Part shown: piece by piece, positions 24,785 to 38,173 of the stretch
How the letters are laid out: each line of letters opens with the position of its first letter
How positions within the stretch are numbered: position 1 is the first letter of the stretch
Assembly: GCF_009914755.1 (NCBI RefSeq)
Contig: NC_060937.1
Length of the DNA: 64,000 nucleotides
Strand: one strand, 5' to 3'
DNA from: the human T2T-CHM13v2.0 reference genome, Homo sapiens
Notes under the pieces: generated by a model
Seen by the model: the letters and a program-made list of their open reading frames with translations, nothing else
The model's database searches: none
What the model was told of the DNA's origin: nothing
Program-made: the position numbers and the translations under genes

Positions 24785-27339
24785 ATAATATAAAGGGTGT
24801 CGATGTTTGATTTTTAAAAAAGACTACTTGACAAGGTATGCCAGCAATAAAATCTTAGATATATCACAATCATTCATTTTAAGGTATATTTTTTATGTTT
24901 TTGGTATTTTTATTTGAATTCAGAAATGTCATGTATTAGAAATAAAAGTTGAGAGAAAGAAACTTCACACAACGCATTAGCTAAAACACACGCATATTTT
25001 AAAGAATTCACAGATAGTTATACTTTTATATTATATATATTTAATGCTTAGCAACCACAGTTCTAGGGTAATTGGTTATCTCATTGTAATCGACTTATGT
25101 GTTAATTTAGTATCCAGAGCCTAAAAACAGAGAAAATATTTTTACCATACTCTGAGAACCTCAGTCCTCATACTTAGTGTGATATCACATCCACCTGGCT
25201 GATGTTGGGGTTATAACATCTAACGAAAAATACAAATCAATTTCCTGGAAGGAAAATGGTGAGAACATTTGCTACCTATAGGACCAGCACTAACAAACCT
25301 TCCTCTGTTCTTCCCCTTTAAACCTGGTTTTCACCAATACTCAGTTCTTGCCACTGCTCTGGTTCTGCTGTTGTGGATATTGATATGTTGGACTAGGTCT
25401 TCACAGTGAAGAATGACATTTCCCAGCTATCTTAAAAATACTTTATGTGCCCTTGGGTTGTGGTTTTAAGAAAAAAAGCCTTATCTACAGAAAGAAGGGC
25501 TCCTCTCCAAATGCAATATTGTCCCATCCCCTTTCCATATTCTTTCTCTCATGAATTATCTTTCTCTAATTAGATAGATCTCATTGATCTGAAAAACTCT
25601 CAAATTTCTTGTTAGGTAACTTTTCTTTCATGTAGATGGAGGTAAACCAGAGTCACTCCACTTTCAGAGTACGTGTCATGATTTCAGCACTTCTTTGTCT
25701 TCTGACAATAAACCACCTTCACAGTGACACTAAGTTTTTGTTGCCAAAGTCAATAAATTTACCTGGAATATTGTGAGTTGTTTCTGAGTAGGGGAAAGAG
25801 AGGGTCAGAGCAGAAAGCAAAATATCTCACCCTTGGCTGCATTATTCTTTAACTGTTGGAAAAAGGTCATTGACCATTTAAGAGAAAAAAAACCTACCTG
25901 CTTTAATTTTATGTATGTTTTAATATTTGGACTTAAAAATACTTTCACTTAATATTTTGGAATATCTGATTTTGTCCATTATAACTGCAGTTCGGTTTAT
26001 GTAGAATTAGAGAATAATAGAAACAAGACATCCAAGGGATTTTCTAGTTCAACAACCTTAGGTTATCAATGAGGGGCTTGTGGTATACATTTTGAAATTC
26101 TGAAATATTGACTAATTTCTCTAGGTATTTTTGTAATACAATTAAACACTTTGTCGACAAGAGTGGAGTACTGTACTTATCTGAGTTGAGGAAAGGATTT
26201 TATGGAAGACGTGGTGGGGGTTGGAGTAGCTGTGGAAGATGAGAGAAACGTATTAACTAAAGCATGGAAATATCAATTCAATACATTCCCTCTGACTGAG
26301 ATGTGTTAAAGTTTCGCATAGGTGGCGCGACGAAGCCAGCTTGCAAGAATGTGCCACATTCCTTCATTTATTCAACAAATAGTTACTTAGCATCACTCTA
26401 TGTACTGTTCCAAGGGTCAGAGAAGCAGCAGAAGACATTTTTTAAAGTCAGTCATAATGTTTGCGCTGAGTTTTGAGAGAAAGAGAAGAGGACACCGTGT
26501 TCTCTGAGTGAGTAGTAGATCGATTGTTGAAGCCTAATGCGTGGAGGAGAGGTAATTAAATACTAGAAAACTGAGCATCTGCTGATTCTGCACGTGTTTT
26601 TGTGGTTTATTCTTATTTGAGAGGATGGTAATACAGAATCTTGCCTGAAATTGGATTTTTGTGAACTAACCGAATTCTCCAAGTTAAAATCTAGGTGTTT
26701 TCGTCAATTTCTGTCATCAGGCTGAACCTGTCTCACAGTTCCTATGCTGTGTTGTTGTCCAAGGAGCTCCTTCAGAGATGGCCTTAATCTAAGTTTATGG
26801 CAAGCTTTTTAGTTATAATTTTCGGCAACTTCGGTATAAATAAACAAGACCGCCCCTCTCTTTAACCAAAGCAAGCTGGTCACGAGATTGCAATATGTCA
26901 TCTAACCACAGGTAGATGCTACCTAAAAGATCTCTCTCCAACCTCCAAACCAATGTTTTCAAAAATTATGTTGCAAGGTCTGTTAGGATACCCTTCAAGT
27001 ATCCACTTTTGTATAATTTGTCATATTGGCCAAATCCCAGAAAATTCAGCATATTAAAAAATATCAGACTGACTCTATCTCTTGCCCCCAACACCATCTC
27101 TGTCAGAGACAGAAAACTGTGACAATATTTGATATCTGACAAGATTGATATATTTCACTGTTGGTCCAACCAACAGAAGATGAGAGCAAGTCAGACCAGA
27201 CATGACCACCTGAAGTATGTAAGTCAATAACTATGAAGTTGTTCATTTCTATGACTAGACTGGATCTATTGAGGAATTTAACCTGAGGTAAATTAAGGCA
27301 ACGTGAGGATCATTACAGTATAAAATGAGCAAATGGCCT

Positions 27340-28070
27340 ATTCTAGGCTTTTGCATCAGGTGATGGAGAGGCAGAGTCTGCTGTGAGTAATACCGAAGAA
27401 GTGTGAATAATGGGACTTAGTCATGAAAGGAAAATGAAGCAAAGAAGTCAAAGATTCACTCCCTGTGTGGGTGAATGGGAACATGATACTGCTAAATACA
27501 GAAGTGGAAGGCTAGAAATTCCAGGGAAAGGGAGGAGAAGAAATATTATGAATTTAGAATTTATTGAATGTGAGACGTCAACAGGGCACTCAGGAGGGAA
27601 TGGTTAACAGGAAGTTACACATTTAGGACTAGAGAATTGTAGAGGGCAAAGGAAGGGGGTGATTTCAGCTGGCACCCTTGGGAGGTAGAGATAGGTGCAA
27701 GGAGACCAGTTACTACTTAGTGGGCAATCTGCCCCTCTAGGGGTATTAATAGGCAAAGACTCCTTTTGGTGGAGCACAAAATCCGTAGGTTTGATCATAT
27801 AAGTGAATGTGCAATAGGAAATATTCAACTGAATAAAACCACATGAGGAGGAGGCTGAGACAGAGAAAACAATATAAATAAAATGATAAAATAGCAATGT
27901 CAAATACAGTAAGAACTCAAAGTTAAAGTATTAGAGACCAACATATATTTTTAAGAGAGCCAAAATAGGATGGATTGCCCCAAAGAGTGCTATTTGGGGA
28001 ATATTTCTGGAGGGTGAGATTTGAAATAGAGCTTTAAGTGCCTGGTGAGCATGGCAGGCAGCCTATAGGC
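27340..28070 (-). mobile_element. L2 LINE fragments
   Basis: Purine-rich antisense L2 motifs (gaatgtgagacgtc, ttctggagggtgagatttgaaatagagcttt). Confidence 0.45.
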
Positions 28071-29000
28071 AGGAATAATAAAGTGTTACCTGAAAAACTC
28101 GTTAGGAGAAAGAGGGAGAGAGAGGGAGAGCAAGAGACTATGAGCCTTGCTCTCTTGGTGGCCCAGAGATCCTAGCAAGATTTAGGTCTCAGTAAGAACA
28201 ATTTAGAATTCAGACAGTAATTTTGTCCATTTTGTTCACTGCTATATACAAGCACCTAAATACATAGTTGTTCCATAAATTATGTTTTGCATAAATAAAC
28301 TATGAAAAGCAAAGCAAAAGACCAGCTTTGCCAATTCACTTGGCTCTCTTGTTGTCTGTGTACCCCTAGTTAACAAGTCTGCTGGCCTGGGAGTATCTTT
28401 CAATTTTTCACATAATGAAAATAGGCTTTTGTTCACTGCACAGGTAAATGCGTTTAATGAAGTTGATGCCTGAGACGAGTGGAAGAATTTTTAAAGACAA
28501 AGATACCTGTCATTGGATGTGATCAGGGTCAAAATAATGATGTCTCTTGATATTTAACCACAATTGTCCTCCAGCAAACCTTTTGAATTATCAATTTTTT
28601 AAAAACTTTTTTAAGGAGAGATATTAAGAAAACCAATATTTTTCTCACTTCAAATAAAACTTTGGTTCATATTAAAAAGGTTTTAAGTCACAATTTTTAA
28701 AATGCTGGTGTAAAAAAGTGAATCAATGTGACAAATCAAAAGAAAATGGCAAATCGGCATTGATATAATGGTTAAAGTTTTAACTATTGATATAACGGTT
28801 AAAAACCAAGTGAAGAATGCAGACTCATATAACGCAAGAGAATATTTTAAAATTGTGTCTAAAAATAGGGCATAGAACAACAGTTTATTGGAGTAGTCTA
28901 TAAATAACATAAAATAGTGAAATAAAAATGTTTTAAAATAAAAGTTACTGGATGCATTATAATAATTCATATTAAGAAGGCAGCATTTGTGGTGGGTTAA

Positions 29001-29447
<447 letters not shown>

Positions 29448-30849
29448 TACAATATATATTTAAATGTTAATGTTTATTTGTGAGAAAAATTCTCACTTAA
29501 AAATAAGTCCAAATATACAGAAAACTTTCTCTTTAAACTAATTTTTATTGATTTGCAATTATGCTTAGCTATTGGTAAAAGTTTTGGAGTCATCCACTTG
29601 CAAATGGGTGTGTTTAGAAAAGGTAATCCCAGTCTAGTTGTGATTAAACCATGACAGTATGTAATAGGTACTGAGTGACCATGATTGAAATAAATATTTG
29701 CTAGGTTGTTGTTATTAAATTTATGAGAAGGGGTCCTAGAGAAATATTTAAATAATAATATTTAATTTGTTTGTAAATGTGCTTAATGTGCTTAGCATAA
29801 TTCAAGCAGTTCTTCTGATAATATATTTAAATTTGCAGCTTCCGATTTTATTAGCAACATGAGGCATTTCATTTTCAGTGTTCATATTAATCACACAAAA
29901 TGATTTTCTTTTTAGTTTTGGTTCTCCTGTAATTATCTTTTCCCAGTTTTTCTTGCATATACCTGAGTACTTTGATATGTCTAAGACAAAAATTGATAAT
30001 AAAATTAGGATTATTTTACTGACAGAATAACCACAAAAATCCTTTACTAATTATATAATGAAAACTTTCAGCTTATTATGCTAAGATAAAGAAAAAGACA
30101 TTTGTACTTGGCACATTACTTTAACTGGGCACTTTTACCTAGTAATATTATTTTATGCAATGCAAACATAAATTTTCACAAATGTTTTTACTATTTAGAA
30201 AGAAAAAAAGCTATGTAGAGCAGTCTTTGACTTGGTCTCTTCACCCTGTAGCAGACTTACATTGATTGATGGGTTTGAGCTTGTAATTTAATGTGGCAAA
30301 TTTTTGTTGTCCACAAATATCAGGAGATTGTATGAGCTTTTCTATAGGGAAGGGGAGTGGCAACTATGAACTCAGCAAACCAGAGTTAAACTTTATTTTC
30401 TCATATCTTAGTATACTTATTCTATAAATAAGAGAGTTGGAATAATGCAAAAAATCTGTTAATAACAAAATAAAACATAATTTATGGCCCAGAATAAACT
30501 TGAATGGACCCACATGATCAAACAATCCCTTACTTGTTTTGACGAGCTATAATAGAGCTATGTCATGATTGCAGAGTATGTTTATACAGCTTTTTCCCAC
30601 TTTTCACAAGAAGTTTTCTTTCCTTAATTATTCTCTAAAACAAGGAGAACACCATATTTATACAAGTCTTGTGCAGAATAAATAATTTTAGAAATTTTAT
30701 TTTTAGTACTTAACTTTTTAGTGTTTTATTTTGGATTTCCACATACATATAATAGTGTAATTATCCTGCAGCTACTTTTAGGTAGTTTCAACAATATCAA
30801 TATTTTCCCAATCTTACTTCATCTATTCCTACAAACACAGTTGCAGAAA

Positions 30850-31760
30850 TTTTTTTTATATTTTGAAATAATTATAGATTTACTGGAAGTTGCAAAAAAA
30901 TAAATATACAAGGAGATTCCATGAGACGTTCTTTCAGCCTCCTGCAATGTGGTGATATATTGCATAATTATAGTAAGGTATCCAAATCAAAAATTTGACT
31001 TTGGTGCAATCCACAGCATTTTCAGATTTCCACAAGCACCTATGGGTGTATATGCATGTGTGTGTGTGTATGTTCTATGCAATTCCATCACTTGTGTAGT
31101 TTCAAGGAGTCACCACCACAATGAAGGTACAGAATGACTCTGTAGTCCCTTAAAGTAGCTCTTTACAGCCACCCTCTGCCCTCTCTCCGAAGTCCCTGAC
31201 CTAATCTAGTCTTCAGTTTTCTAATTTTGTTGTTTAATGAATTTTACACAAATGGCATCATGTCATATGTAAACTTTTGAGACTATTTTCCACTCAGTAT
31301 AATTCTCTTGACCTCCATCCATTTGTATCAATAATTTGTTCCTTTCTATTGCCTAGTATGGATGCGTCACAGTTTGTTTAACCATTCACTCATTGAAGGA
31401 CATTTGGGTTGTTCCAGTTTTGGGCTACTACAAATAGAGCTATTAAAACCATGCGTGTACAGGTATTTGTGTAAATACAAATTCGTCTCTTTGAGACAAA
31501 TGCCCAAGATTGCAATTACTGGTTCATATGGTAAGTATGTGTTTAGTTTTAAAAGAAACTGCCAAAGTATTTCCAGAATGTCAGTGACATTCTGCATTCC
31601 TACCAGCAATATGTGAGTGATCATTTCTCTGCATTCTCATTAGCATTTAGTGTTATTTTTTCATTGTAGCCATTTTGATAGGTACATAGTGATATATCAT
31701 CGTAGTGTTATCTGTCTCTCCACAGTTTGCATTCCCAAATGGCTATTGGTGATGAGCAGA
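30850..31760 (-). mobile_element. L1MC/MB-like 3' region
   Basis: ttttgaaataattatagattt..ggaagttgcaaaa; cattgaaggacatttgggttgttccagttttggg; cattcctaccagcaatatgtgag. Confidence 0.85.
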
Positions 31761-31835
31761 AAAAAATTATTTTTAATTGGCATAATGCCACCAATTCACC
31801 TGTGATTTATTCTTTATTTGGACTTTTTATTATAA

Positions 31836-32163
<328 letters not shown>

Positions 32164-32324
32164 CACATTGCTTTCTATAGTGAAAATAAAGTTCCGATAA
32201 TTCTTTTTTCTAATTCTGTTCATCTTTTATGTTCTATTTCCTAAACATTTTTTGTGCTTACACAACAAGGAAGAGAAGTAGCAAGAAAAACACATCTGAA
32301 ATCTCTACTAGTAACAATGCCATA

Positions 32325-32332
<8 letters not shown>

Positions 32333-32362
<30 letters not shown>
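32333..32362. repeat. (CA)15 microsatellite
   Basis: Perfect CA run. Confidence 0.97.
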
Positions 32363-32365
<3 letters not shown>

Positions 32366-33072
32366 TTTTACTAAATTGGAATTACACCCTGTATGATACT
32401 GTGCTCGTTACTTTCTAGAATTTAACATACTATGTATCATCTTTTTATCCACCATTATTATTCCACATTATTATATTTCATGGCAGCATAGAATATTTTT
32501 GTGATATTGTTTACTTGTTTATTTTTAAGGTTAATTTTCTGAAAATTGTATTGTTTTCTCAAAATTTAAATATTATTTATAGTGGTGACTCCTAACACTT
32601 TCTGTTTCTTAATTTTTGTTCATTCACACTTTGATATAAAGACATCTCTGAGAGAATACATAGGATCTATGTCAAAATTCTCATCTTCCACATTGTTCTG
32701 CAATCTTACTATTTATGTCCTATATAAGAAAAAAAGAGAGCCCTGCTAAATAATTGCAGAGTAAGTCATTTGTGCTGAAGCATTAATGCTTAAAAATTCT
32801 GGCATGTCTGAAACAATCACATGAATATTAAGCCAATAGATACATGTTTGACTCCATGAGACTAAAAACAGTGGTCTTTCTCTCACCATTGTATGCTTAA
32901 CACCTAGCAGAGTACTTGATAAATTGGAGACATCAAATAAATATTTGTCTGATGAACAAATGAAGTACCGTATTGGGATTTGCATTTGAAAAAGTGTTTG
33001 TTCAGCCCTCACTAATGCTCTCTATTCCCTCTTCCAAGTTTGCTAAGCTGGTTAAGGCCGGAGGGGCCAGCA

Positions 33073-33181
33073 GCTCCTTCCTCCTTCCTCTTCTCCTTGG
33101 CCTCCTCCTCGTCCTCCTTCTCTCCTTCTCCTTCTTTTCCCTTCTCCCTTCTTCTTTCTTCCCCTTCTCCTTCTTCTTTTT
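33073..33181. repeat. Polypyrimidine (CCT/CTT) low-complexity tract
   Basis: Over 100 nt almost purely C/T. Confidence 0.9.
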
Positions 33182-33449
33182 GTTTATTTGTATTTATCTC
33201 AGCAAGATCACTCGATAATCTGGCTGATTTTGTCCTGCCTTGGCCCTTCCCGTGCAGAGCTCACCTGAAAGTCCTGACCACCTACAGGTGTTGTTACATT
33301 CTTAATTCCATCTCTCCTTTCTTCAACAAAACCTATCATTCTGAGTCCAGTCACCATAAGATGCTCATTTCTTTTACTAGGTGATAAAATCTGCTGGATA
33401 CCCACAGGTTTCTGCATAACACATAGGAATCCCGGGAGCTAGCTTCTAC

Positions 33450-33640
33450 TGAGCTTTACCAATATGCTAGGCATCATTCTGAGCTCTTTATGTTTTAGCT
33501 TCTTTATTCCTTTTTACAGCTCTTTCAGGGCACTGTCATTATTATTCCCATTTCACAGTGAGGAAGCAGGCACAGAAAGTAGAAGGAAGTGGCAATGGAT
33601 CACTGATCCAAAGAACAGGATCTACACTGTGTCTTCTGTC
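33450..33640 (-). mobile_element. MIR SINE
   Basis: attattccccatttcacagtgaggaagcaggcacagaaag core. Confidence 0.7.
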
Positions 33641-34865
33641 CAGCTAATTCCGTGGCAGCAGCTGCAGTCAATTCTACTCTCCTGCACGACGCCAGACACC
33701 CAGAATCAAAGCCCAGAGTCATTACATTCTTCCAAGTAGCCACGGAACCTGCATCATCAAAACCTGCCAATGATTTACCAATGGTAAATCACTGTGGGCT
33801 CTCTGCATTTGACTTTGGCTGGTCTATATCTTTGGAGGTAGTTGTAGAGTCCTGCTGAAGTCAGAAACATTTAAAAGTCTTCTGATCCACTTCTTGGTTC
33901 TGGGGAACTGATGCCTGCTCTTTCAAATACAGGGCAACTTTGACCCCTCTGCCTTGTGCCTACATTCTGACAGTTTCTGTAGACTTAAATCTGCTCCCTT
34001 CCTCTCTTATATAATGTGTTCATTAGCCCGAGCCCCTGCCTCTCAGTCAGGCTTTCTGCTCTTTCTTGAGTTCTACATTCAGCATGTGTCTTGACCCCAC
34101 TTTCCACATCACTGGCTCATACCTTCAATTCCTGGCTGAGGGTCTGTATCAGGCCACATTTCTGTCCACCTGTGCCCAGCCACTGTGTGACGACTGGAGC
34201 TAATTTAACCAGAAAAAAAATCCTGCAGATATATTAAAGAGATAATTTGAATTTTTAGCAATGGCCATCTGTTTCCAATACCTTAAGGAGAATCCCAGTA
34301 TTAGGAATTTTAGTCTCATGTTATGAAAGTATGAGAGATGATTTTTGACATGCTGGCACCTTGGACCACGTCATTCTACTTTAGCAAAGAGTTGGTCTTG
34401 TCTCTGCAAGTGGAGAAGTAGGATATTTATATAATATTTACATGGAAGTTTTGGGAAGGGTAATGTCCAGGAGGGGTCATGTCCAGATTAATGGTCATAT
34501 GCATGTCACATATACTGGCATTTTCGTCATGTATTTTTATGCATTACTGATCATTCACTCAAGAAACATACAATGAGCAACTACTATCTCCAAGGAGCTG
34601 TTTTAGGTGACAAAGCATTTAGTACTACATCACGCACCCATATTTGTATATAGAAGTAGCCTTGGAATTGCCTTTGAAAGTGTCTGAAAGTGGCACAATA
34701 GATATACAAATTCGAGTCCCAAGGACACAGAATATTATCATATCCTTCCCTATGGTTTATGTAGGTACCACTTTTCTCAAGCTGATGTGAGAGGAGCTGA
34801 CGGGACTTTTGCTAGCAGTCCTCCCTCTGCCAAATGCCATGTAACTCTCCTGCAGAGCAGAGCTA

Positions 34866-35195
<330 letters not shown>

Positions 35196-35639
35196 TCACA
35201 CGGGTGCAGTGTGCAAGACCCAGGGGATGTCTTGGGTGGAGTGTGAAACTGGAACAAGAAGAACAGGTTGAGAGACTTCCTGAAAATCAAAAGTAGGAAG
35301 GATGACTGACCTAGATTATTGACAATGGAAACATAAAGAAAGAAATGGATGAAAAAGGAAGAGGTAAAATTGCAAAGGGTGTATTTGGACGACAAAAGAG
35401 ATTAAAAAGAATAAAAGTGAGGCGTTTCAAGCAAGAAGTCTGGTAAAATATAGCATGCCTTTTAAAAAAGAAGTCTAGGAAGATAATGCACAAGCGGATA
35501 TGTAGAAGTCGGTAAAGAGAAATTTTATTTTGAATCTATTGTGAAGATCTTGGGGAACCTGGAGGTTAAGACATCAATCTGGCCTTGGAGTTCAGAAGAG
35601 AAATTGGTCTAGAAATGTAGGCTAGGCAGCAAAGTTGCA

Positions 35640-35850
35640 TTAAATAATAATAGCCAATTTTCGCACGGCACTTAGTATGTGTTGGAGGCTATTCTCGGTC
35701 CTTTAAATATAGCACATAATTTGATTGGTGCAATAACCTGAAGTAGATGTTATCAACATTATTCCAAATTTACAGTTAAGGAAACAGAGTCACACAGAGC
35801 TGGATGCCATGCCTAGAATTCCACAGCTAGTAAGTAGGCAGAGGAGGCTG
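35640..35850 (-). mobile_element. MIR SINE within diverged L2 sequence
   Basis: attccaaatttacagttaaggaaacagagtcacacagag..ccacagctagtaagt. Confidence 0.65.
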
Positions 35851-36889
35851 TCTCCATGAACACACTCTCATTTGCTAGGGTACTCTGGCCAGAGTTGGCA
35901 TCAGCAATTTTCTTCAAAGTGTTTGTGCAGGAAGAGGTGGGGGTGGATAAACGGGTGATATATATAAGGCCAAGAGATTAAATAATGACATAAATCATGG
36001 CAGGCCTTCTATCATCTGTCCCCTCTGGAGGCCAAGCTCAGTGATTCCTTCCAGTTAGTGCTTTGTATAGAAGACAGGACTAAGGGCTGGCCTAAGGGAG
36101 AGATGAAAACACAGGGGAAGAGTGGCCAGAAGCTAGACCAAGAACACCCATATTTGAAGGACTGAGGAAAACAAAAGGGAGGAATTGAGAAAGATAGAAA
36201 AGGAGTCACCAAGAAGTATGTGGGAAAACAAGAAAGTGCCCATCATAGAGCCACGGGGACTGGGGGCCTTGGGGAGAAGGTGGCTTTTGTGGCCAGCATG
36301 GGAGGGAGTGGTCAGGGCTGAAAAGACAAGCCAACACAAGCCTGTGGGAGATCTGGTGAGTGTGAAGGCTGAGATGTGAATAGAGCTGTTTTTGCAGTGG
36401 GGTTCAAGAAAACCAACTGCAGGAGGATGAAGCGCAGGAATAAGATGTGAAAAGGGAAGCATTAAGTTTAGGCTGCTTCCTGGAGTACTTCCAAGTGTGA
36501 GAATGCTTAGGAGACAGAAGAGTTTTTGATGCAGGGAGAGGGGAATCAAGGGCGAGAAAGGCTGCAATGTGCAAGGCTTCTTGGGGATGCCATGGGTGAA
36601 TCCCCAGCGTCTGTGGCCGGAACTGGTTTAAAATGGAGAAATGAAGTGGGGCTGGTCGTTGGAGAGGAGTCCTCATTATTGCCAACCTCATTAGACAACA
36701 CTAATAGTTATAAACAGATAATTTGCAAGAAGACGAAAGAATCCAAATTCATGTTGCCAATACTAAATATTTAACTAATGGAAAATATAGGCTTTGAATT
36801 GGCTGTGAAAACCTCAAATGACGAGTTAAATTTTAAATACTTTGTGCCCTGGAGATGATGTTTCCATCCCTGATTTTCCCAGATGGGGT

Positions 36890-37175
36890 GTGAGTCACAG
36901 CACAGGAAATAACACTGGATTTCACATTATTTTGCTTATACAAAGGATGTGAACCTTCTGAAACCAGCCGCCCTGTAGATGAAATAAAAACCCAAAGGGA
37001 GGCAATTAGGATGACTGTGCTCCACTGAGTCGACCCCACGTGTCCAGCAAAAGCCGGGTCAGAGCTCTGTGGCAGGAAACCAGGGATGGTGAGAATCTGC
37101 CAGCGCGGCCACAAGCGGAAATGTTTGCTTCTCCCCACGCCAGGAGGCAGATGCCAGATAGAAAGACCCGCCAGT
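36890..37175. promoter_or_regulatory. Enhancer-like CpG-retaining motif cluster
   Basis: AP-1 TGAGTCA 36891, CACGTG 37037, ETS GCGGAAAT 37115, CTCF-like ACGCCAGGAGGCAG 37137-37150, AGATAG 37156. Confidence 0.45.
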
Positions 37176-38173
37176 AAGATTCATAACTGTGGAGACTTGA
37201 GCGTGGTGAGAGGATGATCTAGCATGGCTGTGAAGCAGTCAGGTTTTCCTGATTCCCCCTCCTATTTATTTCATCTTCTTTTGAGGCACATGTGCTAAAT
37301 TAGACGGATTTAAACCTTTATAATAAAACATTGTGTCCTGGTCATTTGTGGGTTATAGTTCTCAGAACAAACAGCAGTTATGGAGTCGTGAGTGTGTGGA
37401 TAAAGAGTGTTAGCCATACACGCTTATGAAATAACAGGGCACCGTGTGATGTTAAAGTTAGCTAGGATAAGCAGCATGTCTGAATACATGCTCCAGGTAT
37501 TTCAGCTCCTTTCTCTTCCATCAGCATTTTTATTCTCTTTCCTCTTCACTGGTTCTCTCACTTGTGCTGTATACTCGAACAGATTTCCCTTTCCCAGAAA
37601 AACATTATGCTTCTGTTCACATTTCTGCTCAGTTTCTTTAACTCTCAAACTTCTTAATACATTGCACATCGCTCTATCCAATTTTGCACCCTCTTTGTCT
37701 ATCCCTCCTCTCTAAGTGACATCTCTGATACTTCTGCTCTACTAAGACCAGACTATCAAAGGTCGATAATAACGTTACTGGCCAAACCTAGTGGATTCTC
37801 TTCTTTCTTACTGTGGAGATGCAAATCCCAGAAAGAGGGTATGTGTTTCCCAAAGTAATTCACCCCATCTGCAGGACCTCTGTTTTACTGGTGTCCCTGG
37901 TTTCATACTGATTTTTTTTCTCTCCCTCTCTTATCCATCTATCCATATCTAGCTCTCTGTCCTTTCTATCATGTGTCTATCCATATAGTGTATTTCTTTG
38001 ACCTCACTGAGGCTTCTTCCTCCTCTGCTCCCTCCTTCCACTTTTATGGATGGGTGTTTCCTAGCTCAGCTCTTTGTGCTTAGCCCAGGATGCCTCAACA
38101 ATCTCTTCCTCCTGCCCATATCTTACTCTAAAATGTAAAACCCTGGTGATCCATAGGCACATGGCCTTACGTG

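Noticed and set aside
32973-33384. Leu/Ser/Phe-rich membrane-like ORFs
   Set aside because: They are artefacts of the CT-rich low-complexity tract.
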